Shown: one piece after another, positions 10,901-22,786 of the stretch
Numbering within the stretch: position 1 is the stretch's first letter
Layout of the letters: each line of letters begins with the position of its first letter
Assembly: GCA_002189035.1 (NCBI GenBank)
Contig: NEEC01000017.1
Span: forward strand, 62,001 to 126,000
Origin: Utricularia gibba
Taxonomy: Eukaryota > Plantae > Magnoliophyta
Reading direction: 5' to 3'
DNA: 64,000 nt
The notes under the pieces: generated by a model
Told to the model about the DNA's origin: nothing
The model's database searches: none
The model's input: only the letters and a program-made list of their open reading frames with translations
Made by a program: the position numbers and the translations under genes

Positions 10901-13754
10901 TTGCTTCCAGCATCAAGTTCCTTCTTTGTTAGTGGAGCCATCATTGGTGTGTCATCTGGAGTGTCTTCTTTTTCATCCTGCAGAAGATTTACATCCTGAA
11001 TTTCATGCAAAAAAACTGCTTGTGCATGCTCCTGCATAACAGCATCTTTCGCTTCCCCTTGCGCAAGCTCGTCACAGTCAAATCGTTTCATTGCGTGATC
11101 AACATTGAACTCCAGTTCTTCTTCTCCGAATCTGAGTGTCAATTTCCCTATTCTAAAATCAATGAAGGCTCCTGTGGTTGCCATAAAGGGTCTCCCAAAA
11201 ATAATTGGTACCTCCACATCAAGTGCCATATCCAAAACAACAAAATCACAAGAAACAAAATATTTTCCAATTTTTACCGGCACGTTTTCTACTACGCCTT
11301 CAGGATTCTTCATAGATTTATCAGCAAATACCAGCTGAATTTTTGTGGTTCTCAGCTCCTCAAGATTCAATGCTTTGAATAAAGAATAAGACATCAAGCT
11401 GATACTTGACCCAATATCATACAAGCACTTCTCAAAATTGCTTCTTCCAATGATACAAGGGACTGAAAAAATTCCAGAATTTGCATGCTTTTGAATCAGC
11501 CCATCACATCTGTGAATGGAATTTCGCATAAGTGGGCATTTGCAACATCACATCAGTGAATGGAATGTTCACATGGAGAGTTTTCAGCATCTCCAGAAAC
11601 TTGGAATATTGTTGATCCACTGACGATTTGACATGTCTCTGTGGATAAGGGATTAGAGGATTATAAAAAGGTGGAGATATGTATACTAGAACATCCAGCA
11701 ATTCGTCTGCTTGCACAGGGGCTGCTATTGCACTCTGCATTCCACTCCTCGTTGCCACAGCTTTGCATTCAGCATGATTTTTCTCTGGCTGAATTGGGAG
11801 CCTTGAAGCCTTGTGGGTTTGAGCAACATTATTCATCCGACTGTCTAGAATGCGAGTTGTTATCCCGAGTTGCTCTAGACGCTCATTCATTTCATTCACC
11901 CTTGTCTTTTGGTCTGAAATTTCTCCTCTTATTTGCTTAAGTTGTTCAGCCACCAATCCATTTACTTGTTTGATTTGCTCCAGCATTCCTTGGTTAAGCC
12001 CTTCCTGTTTCTCCATGAATTGATTGAGCGTATCTCGTAAGAATGGTCGTTGGGGCTGCTGCTGGTTCTGATTCTGGTTCTGCCAAGTGTTGCCTCGATT
12101 TCCCCAATTGTTCCCTTGCGCAGGCATAGAAGCTCCTTGCACAAGTTTTCCCTGAAAAATTCACAAAATTAACATTCTTACCTTCCTCTTCTGGCTCACT
12201 CTCTATCTTCTCTGAGGCTGCTTGGACTTGAGCAATGACAGGCTGGAGTTTGCTGATTTTATCGTCTAATTTTTGCAATGTTTCGGAAATCTTTGAGACG
12301 GTAGTGTCACATGGGTTGTCCCGAACTCCAGTTTTCAAATTCCTTACTGGTTGAGACCATCGTGCCTGTCGTTTTGCAAACTCATCAATTAGTTCCCAAG
12401 CTCTTCTAGGACTTACCTGGTCTAGGGGTCCAACACCCGCATTCAACAGTCCCTTTGCTTGCACAGTGAGTCCATCATGAAAGCACATGATCATAGCAGC
12501 GGGGCTGAGTCCATGCTTAATCGTGACTTGTGTAATTTCCTTAAATCTCTCCCAAGCTGCTGCTATTCCTTCTCCTTCATCCTGTGAAAAATTGGTGATC
12601 TCAAACCTGGTGTTCGAGTACTTCGTGGGTTCAAAATATTTGTCCAAAAATGCATCCTCCAATTCTTGCCAAGTGTAAATAGAGTTGGGTGGCAAAGAGT
12701 CTAACCACCTCCTTGCTAATTCCCATAACGAAAATGGAAATAAACTTTACTTGATCGCATCGTCAGAGACTCCTCGTTCCACCACCATGTCACAATACCT
12801 GAGAAAAATTACAATGTGTTCTTCGGGAGCCTCTCCAGGTTCTCCATGAAATGGGCTTTGTTGCACCATGGTGATCAATGAAGGCTAGAGTTGGAATCTT
12901 CACACGTTGATGGCTGGTGCTGAAAATGGACCAAGCTTCCTCATGTGTCAAAAATTATCACCTAGAGGAACTTCATCCTAAGGATCAACAGCAAATCTGT
13001 TAGCATTCTGCTCCCTGCGCACGTACCTGTCTTTTCCTGGGCGATGATTTCTGGCTTGTGCAGGTTGTTCCCTGCGTGCTGGTTCTGGTCCTTCCTCTTT
13101 GCTAGATGCTTCTTCAGTACACACATTCCTCTTGGGTATCTGCCTTTGTCTTTCATGATTTTCCCTTTCAGGATTTCCTATAAATTCATACCTCTGCTCG
13201 TGATGAGGATTTTGGTTGTCACGTCGGTTTGATCCATTGTAACCCCAATGGTCTTCTCCTTCCCACCTTGGAGGAGAGTTCACTCCTCGCCTTGGAGTTC
13301 GTGGGTTGCTGTTCTGCTCATCATGATGTTGAGGTTCAAAAGCCTTGTTTTCCTACCATCCTTGCACAAATGTTGATTGCCAACGGTTTTCATTTGTGCC
13401 TGCGTGCCTAGGCCTTCCTAAACCACGTTCCAGCACCCTGTTGGTTCGTCCTGGGCCTGATAATGCGCCTGTGGGCCCTTCTCGGAGAGGTTCCATGCCT
13501 CGATTTCTTCCCAATCTTGCTGTTGTTCGTTCTTGTGCAGGCTATTGATCAGATCCATCGCTACGCCTTCGATATACCCCTACACAATTAGTAGTCGATC
13601 TGCATATACCTGTTCTTTCATTTGTCATCAAGGCTGATCTAGTGGCCCTATTTGGCTGGTGTCTGGGCGTTCGTGCTCGTTCGCTATCTGGTTCGGACAT
13701 CACCAGATAGCCCTCCTCATGTCTAGAATGCCTTCTAGACAGGTTTCCCTGCAT
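7905..13754 (-). pseudogene. Athila gag-pol polyprotein, disrupted by stops and frameshifts
   Basis: Gag (TWQELEDAFLDKYF), protease (CLYDIGSSISLM), RT (WRMCIDFRKVN, FLDGYFRYFQI, VFMND with the catalytic DD changed to ND), RNase H (ELMCDASDCAVGAVL), integrase (WGLDFMGPFP, VISDGG, GQVEVTNRE) across several ORF fragments. Confidence 0.93.
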
Positions 13755-13958
13755 TGTGCTTGCGCTTGACGATTTTCCAACCTACTTCTTTGACAGGTCT
13801 GGTCAATTTGTAGGTCTAGCGGGTACAGCTCGGTTGAAGCCTTGTGCTTGCGCATGCAACACTCATTAAAAGCAACGGCTTGCGCAAGTGCACTAAATAG
13901 AATGTCTCAAAAATAAAAGAAAAATAAGAAATAATCATAAAAGAAATTCCAAAGGAAT

Positions 13959-15120
13959 ACATAGAAATCGTCGAAATAATAAAATAAGATCGTATCCACA
14001 GGGAATTGTTATTGGAATTCTCTATTCAAAACAAAGACTTAAAAGAGGTTGAAAACAAAAGAAAGATTTGGTTTTTGAAAACAATAAGAAAAATGGCCTT
14101 GGATCTAAGATCCATCCTACTTGAAACTCGCCCTTTCGTGTGTGCAAACCTTGAGAACTGACCTGCTTATGTAAGCTTTGGGGTGTGATGCTAAAATAGT
14201 GCTACTCGGTGACCGTTATGACACCGTCCCTTGTTTTGTGAGATTATGGAATCAACCACGCCACCAGAGCCATTTCACCTCTTGTGATAATCCATGTTTT
14301 CCCCACACCCAAATCTAACCCCTACACCTCACACCTCGTAGATAGATTAGACAAAATGTGCCTTACCAACGATGTTCGATTGAGCCCTTCTCCTTAGATG
14401 CTTGAGGCCAACCTTTAATTCTCCCATACTCCCTTAGAGCTATATGGTACTAAAGATCACGTTGGTAAAGAAAACGTTGCGAAAAACAGAATCAGAACTC
14501 AAATTAAATGCTAAAAAACATAGTAACACAGTCACATGCACAGAACTTGCGTAAGCAAGGCTTCACAACAGATCCTCAGCCGCAAGCGCTCACACGCGTA
14601 TGCTCGACTCTAAACAACAAAAGTTCATGGAAAACGAAAGCAAAGGAATCCAAAACATGCTAGACTCGACTCTAAACCCTAAATTGACTCTCTAGTCATC
14701 CACCTTGACTAACTTCTTTGATCTTCGCGTTTGGATCTTTATATAATCTGGGAAATTGTCGAGCTTTTTTAATGGGCTCACATCAAATCTTCTATTCGGA
14801 TCTTCTAAGATTTGATACAAATCTTCTAGGATAAGATCCAACTTTTCTAAGATAAAATACGAATCTTATCTTATCCGAGAATCTTTAACCGAGTCTTCAT
14901 CTGGATAGACCGAATCTTTGCCTCAACTCGAAAATCCTCCAAATTATTACAAATTCGTCCTGAAAAATCAAAAAACACACTTTATCTCCAAAAAGATCAA
15001 AGTGATATGAAAGATATAAATTCTTCTAAAAACATAAGGAAAGTGGGATAAAAAGAATACAAAATCAATCTAGGTGAGTCTCAAAAATCACAAATATAAA
15101 TGACATAAAATCAATTATCA
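13959..15120 (-). repeat. 5' LTR of Athila element A, with its 3' ~25 bp and the PBS missing
   Basis: Homology to the 3' LTR begins at ~13959; the TGATGTTGATTCT end and the tRNA-Asp PBS are absent. Confidence 0.85.
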
Positions 15121-15229
15121 TCTTTCTACGGACAATCAAAAAAAACCAAAGGTAATATTCACACAAAAGAAAGATATTCTACTAAAAAAGATTAATAATC
15201 ATTACCCCAAACAATGTAAAATGGCTTTC

Positions 15230-15414
15230 AATATTCTTGAATCGTTCAGAAAACAATTAACTTATTGACAAATCTTGTCTTTAGATATTTTGTATTGAAT
15301 ATTGATTGAATTTATATCAATGATAAAATTCGCTATTTGATCTATAAGTATTTTCAAGTTAAAAATTCTCCGTTTAAAGTATTTGTGAAATGAGGATATC
15401 ATAAGTATGGATAA
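15230..15414 (+). repeat. Fragment of Angela-like copia LTR
   Basis: Similar to 47960-48140 (tttatatca.tgataa.att..ctatttgatctata; ttcaagttaaaaattctc; gtgaaatgag..tat). Confidence 0.55.
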
Positions 15415-17747
15415 TGATGACACACGTTTTCTTTGCATTTTGTAATGCAAAATTGTTATGTTTTACTTAGGTTTAGGTTGGATTTGTGTGGTTTTCCATG
15501 TTTTATATGTTGTTTATGTTAATTTTATGTTGAAAAGTAGACAATCCTGATTTAATCCACCACCTTTGTTATTAATGTTTAATTAAATTCAGCAGGAAGA
15601 CTAGTATCAAATCAGACTCAAAGACATATGAATAAAGTTAAAGGGGCGCAACAGCCAAAAGGAGACAAAGAGCACTGTCTTACTGCCTGCAGTCTGCAAG
15701 TTCTAACCAAAAACAGCGCTGGTGTCAGGAACAATGCATTGAAGTAAAGGAGGGGAGATATTTTTCGAAAAAGAGAGCAGAAGCTTCATGAACAAAGCGA
15801 GCACACGAGAGGACTTCTCCTGCAACACGGAGAACACTGACGAGAAGAGAAGAGGGGCTTCATTCTCAAGAACATCCCTGATAAACGAAAACTATTGCAC
15901 ATCGTTAAAATGCAAATTTCTCCTATTAAATAAATTTATAACCTAATACACATTTAAGGATAATACAATTATGAGTATAGTGATTAGGGTCGAACACGAA
16001 GAGCAAGTGCTTGCGATGTGAAAGTCAATGCATGCAATCAGTGTCACGTTGATAGATTTGGTCTTAACTAGGATTAAGACAGAGTTGCGATAAAATACAT
16101 TAAAGAAAAGTAACAGATTTTTGAACTCGGTTGTTTCTAAGATGAAATGGGTGATGCCTTGGGATTCCTAGGGGATGTATGCTTATCATTAAACATACTC
16201 ACACAAAACATAAATAAAAAAACTAACAAACAAAGTCTAGGTTTACCCGGACTCTTTTTTCCCCTAATCTTTGGTCTACCTCTAATTAGGGTTATTAAGA
16301 TTGGTTTATCCTGGTTTCTTAAGGAAGTGGCATGACTTATGGTTGATTAGGTCTAAAAAATGATTAGCATATTTCTCCCCCAAGGCACCCCTAAGTGCTT
16401 AGTCACTTATGCTTAAGGTAAATGAAAATAAAAAAGAAAACATCATCCACATCGTACTCATCTCACAGCCACATACCAGAAAATAAACTAGCAAGGAATT
16501 AAAAAAGTTCAACATAAAGCTAGAATTGTCACATGCTACTCTTAGCTAAGAGTAATGCTCCTAAAAACATAAAGTTAATCTTCAAATTTCAATTTCGTTC
16601 TTTGTTCATCTTCCTCCTTCTTTCCCCAGAAATCTTCTCCAGAAAGCTGTGTCGTATGTCTCCAATGGGAGAGATATTTTTCTCCCTCCATCTTCCCCCC
16701 TTTTTTATCCACAATCCTCCTTTTTCTCTTCCATGGATTTTATGTACTCCTTTTCAAACTTTTGTCTCATCCTCTGCCACTACACTGTTCATATCTGGCT
16801 CCTTGGAATTCATGTTGCCGACATGTGCTTCATTGCTCAAAGAAAATATGTGTTATCACATTATAATACAACGACACTAGACTTGTCCTCAAGTCCTAAC
16901 TAAGACTAACAGGAGGTAAGCAATTGAGGGATTTCCAAACAGCCATAGAGAGACTTGACATTTAGGTTCAAAATGCCGGAATTGAAAGAGTGCCAATGTG
17001 CAAGACAGGTAATCACTCAAGTATACATATGAATTTCATCAAAATAAATGCCTTCAAAAATTAAATAAGCTAACATGACATAGTTAGACTTTCAATGGGA
17101 GACTCGTGGTCTCTTTTCATTTCTTCCTCTCTTCTTTTTTTTTTCTTTCATTTTGTACAGAGATCAAGATTAGGGAAGGTTCCAAGCTTAACTCAGGCAA
17201 TTGTTGCTCCCCTCCTTTGTATATGGAGTGTGGGCTAAGCACTTCTCTCGTTATTCCTCCTGAGGGTTTTCTACTCCTCTGAGTCATTCCAATAACCTCC
17301 CTTCTCTCTTTACTTTGTTGTCTACACAAGCTTTTTAATTGTGTGTCGCTTTTCAAGACATGAGATCTTATCGCTTTTCTTATGATGATGCTTTTCTGAC
17401 CCCCTCTTTTTCTTCATCTCTCTATAAGCCTTTCAACCACTAATATTCATGAAAGAACCAAATATGTTAGTTTGCAAAAAAAAAAAAAAATCTCAAATGC
17501 ACAAATCAGAATCCATTACACATGGTGCTACCTCATGAAGATAAGCAGGCTAAAAGTCATGCTTAAAAGTGTACAAATAGTTAAAGCAAAATTCATGCAT
17601 CTTGTACTTCATGAAAAGCACCACGCATGCATATGGAAATTGTTCAAATAGCTTGCAAAATTCTCTTGATTTTAGTACCCAACTACTAAATTATGCCTAA
17701 CTTAGACTAACAACTTAAAAATAAAAATAAGAGCAATGACAGCAAAC

Positions 17748-19026
17748 TTACTTGATCCGGGAGTAGTCCTTCACTCCCTGTTTCAATTCTTTTACTTCGC
17801 GCAACAAATTCCCAAGCCTATCATATATCATGTCGATCCTCTCCTTGCAGCAACAATCTTTTTGACTTCTTTGACTTGAAACTATCTGATCAGAAGTTTC
17901 TCCCTTTTCCTTCATTGAAGGTGCGTCCCCACAAAGTCTTGCAATTTTAGGAACAAATCCACCCTCTCGTGCCTGAATTAGTCCAATAGTTTTAAGAAAA
18001 TGAGCATTAAGAGGGGCCAGTTTCTCTTCTACATGCAAGAATTCCAGCTCAAAAATTTTCTTAGAGCATAACCTTTGAGCAAGAAAAGTGACAACACTAC
18101 CGAACCCAAGATGCTTTATGGTATTCATCCGATATTCCCTGTTCATTTTTTCTGCTAAAATCGCCCCTAAATTCAAAGGTTTCCTGTGCAACAAGCACCA
18201 CATGACAAACAAATCACGTTTTTATAGAGAATTAAATCCTAAGGCCCTACCAACAGCAGAAACAAGCAAGTGGACATATCGCATAGCAGGGTCTATAAAT
18301 AAATCAGCTTTCATCCCTTTGGATTTAAATTCTATCACATGTTGATCAGTTAAAATTTCATACACCTCTTTAGCATCAAAATCATCAGGATAATCAAACA
18401 ATGAGGTAGAAAATTCATGGGACTCAACATGTTGTTCTATACAAAAACCTAAAGCTACATTCCATTCATCAATTGATAATAAGAAATTCTTTCCTAGCAA
18501 TTTAAACGTGATGGCTGATGATGCAAACACAGTTTCTGATTTCTCATAACAAAAGGTACAAGCAAATTCATACATTAATTCAACATAAGAAGGACGGTTC
18601 AAATCACATAAAGCAAGCAGCGCAGAATCCTCTAAATTGAATGAACTTCTGTAACTATGCCCAATTCCACCAATATTTCGAAATCTATGATCCGACAAGG
18701 CAGCACCCTTGCCCATTTTACCTCATTGTACCTGGCTGTAATTTCTTCTTCATCAAAGTGTAGGTACGTGAGGTTGACCATTTGTACATGTTGCTTGAAG
18801 TAGGGGATGCCTTTGCTGGTCATTTTTCACTGTGATTTACCTTTCTCTACCTCTTCAACCCTACATGAACTCAAGAACAGTGGAACAAGGTTAGGTAAGA
18901 ATTTTTCTCGTTTCGTTTGTACCTCATGTCCTCCTCGCTGGCATTTTTCTGCAACTCCTTTACTGTTTGTTTAGGTTCCTTTTGCTTCCTTGTTTTGCTC
19001 CTTGTCCTCTTTGCAATTAAGGCCAT
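17748..19026 (-). pseudogene. Athila env-like/ORF-1-type accessory ORF, frameshifted
   Basis: ATG at 19026 (MALIAKRTRSK..), followed by fragments SYVELMYEFACTF..FKLLGKNFLLSIDEWNVALG and LNLGAILAEKM..FGSVVTFLAQRL. Position 3' of where pol would lie and motif pattern match Athila accessory ORFs as recalled from memory. Confidence 0.6.
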
Positions 19027-19989
19027 ATTTTTTTTTTACTTCTACTTCTCAAAAAAATCAGAAGTACAAATAAATCAGAACAATACATAATTTTACTTAT
19101 TACTTCTTACTTTTTAACTACTTCTACTTGTTTTAACTTTGAGTTACTTCTTACTTCTTACTTCTTATTCTTACTTCTCATTGTGAATTTACAAATTTAT
19201 CCTTCATTATAAAAATATATTAAATATTTCATCCTATTTCCATGAATTCTATTCCCTTCGACAATGCTCTAAGGTTTGGAGATTTCACACAATTGTGATT
19301 TCAATTTCCGGAATTGAATAACATGTTTTTTAGGAGTAATATTTGCTGGAAGTTCTTTATAATTCCTAAGGTAATGCCTTTTTTGTTACTCCAGTTTTGT
19401 TTCATTTTTTCCGATAGTAATCGCAATCTAAATTGGATACTTGCTTCTTAATCAATGTGGAGAGAAATACGTGAGTTGTGGGTGAGATTTTCTTTTTAAT
19501 TACATTTAATGTTGTGGTTGAGTTGATGCTACTTTTGTTGCATTTAATGGTTGAATTTGGACTGGAACTTCGTTGTATCAATTTTGTTTCATTTTTTTAA
19601 TAGTAATGGCAGTCTGAATTGGTTCCTTTCTTCTTAACCAAGGTGGAGAGAAATACGTGAATTTTGACTGAGCTTTTTTTTAATTGCATTTAATGTTGTG
19701 AGTTTTGGCTGAACTTTTTCACTATGAGATTGGAAACGTTGCACTATTTTGCTCAAAAAAAATTATGGGTTGTAAAAATATTAATACCTTATCAGATACA
19801 TTGAGGTATTAATTTATGACTTACTCTGCGTTTTAACGTTGCAGTAATTTTTCATGCTTAATGGTTTATTTTTTTTCTGTTACTTTATTAATATAGATAT
19901 GTTTTCAACTGATCCTAGTATATTTCTTAAATTTTTTCTTTTGTTTTTGACTTTGTAACATAGTGATGTACAAGGGGAAAAAAGTGCTG

Positions 19990-20735
19990 GAGGTAATGAA
20001 ACTAACAGAAAGGTAGTGCGAAATGGGAGCAGATTTCTGGATGAGTTTTTTTATTTCTCGAGATTTGCCTAGCTGAAATTCGTGGTGGGAATCAACCTAA
20101 TACCTCATTCAACAAGATTGGTTGGTTGAATATTCTCAATAAACTAACTAGTCAAATTGAAGATGAGTATTCAATGAAACAAATCAAGAATAAGTGGTGT
20201 GATCTTCGAGCATTATGGACTTTGTGGATTCGACTTGTGAATTGGACTGGTGTAGGTTGGGATACGACAAAAAACACAATACTTGCTAATGATGAATGGT
20301 GAGTAGAAAGGATTACGGTAATTTATTCTTTAAGTTTGTTCATTCTATTTTAATGCTTTACATTATAGGTTTTAGTAGTATTTGATGCTTTGTATGGTGA
20401 TTATTTGGGTTTTGTTGTTTAATTTTCTTGCTTATAAAAGAATAAGGAAGCTAAAAAATTTTATGATGGAAGAACTTTTCGATGGTATTATTGCCACTGG
20501 TCAAGATAGCTACACCCCAAGCTCTAGAATTCTACTAGCAGAAATGGATGATGAAGTTGAATGTGTCCCTGAGACAGAGGATAATACTTTTGATTGGACT
20601 TATGAACCTGTGGTTAATGACTTTGGTACACCACCTTAAGGTCAGAGTGTTAGTCGTATATCTGGCAACAGTTTATGAAAAGAACAACCAAGGAAACAAA
20701 AGAGTAGAAAGGGAAGTAACTCAGACATTATCGCG
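19990..20735 (+). pseudogene. PIF/Harbinger Myb/SANT-like DNA-binding ORF fragment
   Basis: Translation FLEICLAEIRGGNQPNTSFNKIGWLNILNKLT..MKQIKNKWCDLRALWTLWIRLVNWTGVGWD.TKNTILANDEW*; later exon EELFDGIIATG. Homologous to the Myb ORF at 39420-39740. No TIRs found. Confidence 0.75.
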
Positions 20736-21809
20736 AAGTTCAATAGAAAGCTAGAATTGTCACAGGTTACTCTTGGCTAAGAGTAATGCTCCTAAAAAAA
20801 GAAAGTTAATCTTCAAATTTCAACTTCATTCTTTGTTCATCTTCCTCCTTCTTCCCCCAAAAATCTTCTCTAGAAAGCTGTGTCGTATGTCTCCAATGGG
20901 GGAGATCTTTTTCTCCCTCCATCATGCCCCCTTTTTTGTCCACAATCCTTCGTTTTCTCTTCCTTGGATTTTGTGTACTCCTTTTCAGACTTTTGCCTCA
21001 TCCTCTACCATTACATTGTTCATATCCGGCTCCTTGGAATTTGTATTGCCGACATGTGCTGCATTGCTCAAAGAAAACTATTAGAAGTAAGGTTGGAACT
21101 AAATCATAGATTTAGTCTCAACTAAGACTAAAATAACACAACTATGGTACTATGCGCAAAAATATAGAACTAAGTAGTAAAACTTAAGTTTTGTAGAAAA
21201 ATATGAGTCATTTCCCTATATTCAATTACTCAAAAATATGTGTTATCAAGCCCTAGAGCCCAGTCCAGCGCTACTATTCTGAGTCGTGAACAGTAGCTAA
21301 CGGGCATTAAAACAATCTTTATTTCCTTTTGATTTACTAAACGCTTTGAGTTTTTGTATCTGACTTATTTACAATGTTATTTTCACTACATTATCTAAAT
21401 GAAATCATGTTTTATCTTTCAAGTATGCGTAGCTAGAATCTTAGGGATGCCTTAAGGTGAAATATGGTGATGTGGGTCTAGGGTTAATAATATAATTCAT
21501 GTTTGTTTCTTAGTTATTGTTTTTATCATTCCATGGGTAGATTTAAGGAGGAGAACAAGTGGCTTTGCAACTCAAATACTTGATTTAGAGGTAGACCAAC
21601 AAATCAAAATGGGAGCAATAGGTAATAGTCTAGAGTAGAACCAGTACAACTGGGTAGAACTAGTTATATGCACTTTGCATGCGCCTAGATCTAATTGCAA
21701 TATTGGTGATGATATTAGGGATTCACTTAGCCAAAAATATGATGAATGACCTGGGTAGACTTAAATTATTTAGAGTTGTGAGTATAGGAACATGGTAAAT
21801 TAAATTAGC

Positions 21810-22765
21810 CATTCTATGGCAATTCCCGCAAGGCATATTCTTGGCTTGGAATAAAAAGAGTTCCTTCATCATCTCAAACATAGCTGCCACATTTTTCGTC
21901 AGCTCATTTTCTGATGACTTTGGCTTGCATTCCAGCTCATATACTCTTCTATTCGAGGCCTGCTTTCTGATTATGTGCCTGGAATGCTCAGCCAACTTCT
22001 CAAGTAGCGCAAGAGCTTCTGTGGGAGTTTTTTTTCTAAAAAACCCACCTGCTGCAGAATCCACCATGGCCCTATCCGTGCATAGAAGACCATCATAAAA
22101 ATACTTGACCAATGTATTGGTCTGAAATCCGTGGTGTGGACAGGAGCCTAGCAGGTGATTAAACCGCTCCCAATATTCATGTAGAGATTCTCCACTTGTT
22201 TGCTCAATGTCACTGATCTCCTTTCGTATCCCTTCAGCCTTGGAAGCAGGGAAATACTTGCTGAGAAACACCTTCTTCATCCTTGATCAATCCGTGATAC
22301 TTCCAGGCTTCAAAGAGTTGAACCACGTTTTTGCACTCCCTTCCAGTGTAAATTGGAATGCCTTCAAGCAGATGGCATCCTCAGTCATCCCAGCACTCTT
22401 AAAAGAGGTGCAAACAGCAGTAACATTATCAAGATGTTCATGTGGGTTCTCACCCACTTTTCCATAATACTTTGGCAGAAAATTAATCATAGCTGGCTTC
22501 AATTCGTTGGTTGTGTCATCGAGAACCTAATACACAGCCCTATGTACATGTGGTCAGCTGCATCAAGCTCATTCAGGGTCTTCTCCTGTTCTGCCATATT
22601 GAAATTAGCTTGAGTAACAGCAGGGAGTCTGCTCAACCTTACTGCTTCTCTCACTCTTGTGCGGTTCTTGCTGATAGTTCTCTCGATTTCTGGGTGGAAA
22701 ACAAGATCTCCTGCACAAGAAGAACGCAAATGCATCAACCGAATCACAAAACAATTAAACACCAC
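21810..22765 (-). pseudogene. Athila gag fragment (family C)
   Basis: DLVFHPEIERT, PKYYGKVGENPHEHL, AFQFTLEGSAKTWF, FLSKYFPASK, ESLHEYWERF, with stops; truncated at ~21810. Confidence 0.88.
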
Positions 22766-22783
22766 TCCCCGGAAATGGCGCCA
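22766..22783 (-). promoter_or_regulatory. Primer-binding site, tRNA-Asp type
   Basis: Minus-strand TGGCGCCATTTCCGGGGA 3 nt inside the LTR end (..GTTTATCA at 22787); near the Athila PBS TGGCGCCGTTGCCGGGGA. Confidence 0.85.
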
Positions 22784-22786
22784 ATT

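Larger units (their letters stand above)
5421..15120 (-). mobile_element. Near-full-length Ty3/gypsy Athila-like LTR retrotransposon (family A), degenerate
   Basis: Termini TGAT..ATCA with 5-bp TSD TCTTT (5416-5420 and 15121-15125). LTRs at 5421-6560 and ~13959-15120; PPT at 6561-6572; gag-PR-RT-RH-INT order on the minus strand. Confidence 0.95.
15879..21248 (-). mobile_element. Internally deleted Athila-like element (family C): 3' LTR 15879-16858, partial 5' LTR ~20737-21248, env-like ORF, no gag-pol
   Basis: LTR ends TGATAACACATATTTT..GTTTATCA, the same as copies at 51814-52982 and 63638. Flanks ATCCC/AGCCC look like a TSD with one mismatch. The host LTR B sequence is continuous across the insertion. 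Confidence 0.75.
15415..21810 (+). mobile_element. Athila-like LTR family B copy 1, split by element C (pieces 15415-15878 and 21249-~21810), 3' end lost
   Basis: Starts TGATGACACAC like the solo LTR at 56881. The second piece matches 40660-41210 and 57370-57700. Confidence 0.7.

Noticed and set aside
19030-19180. (TTACTTC)n-like repeats upstream of the env-like ORF as a functional array
   Set aside because: Short, degenerate simple repeat with no further support.
22766-22783. tRNA gene (also 53832-53843)
   Set aside because: Only 12-18-nt complements of tRNA 3' ends next to LTRs, so these are primer-binding sites.
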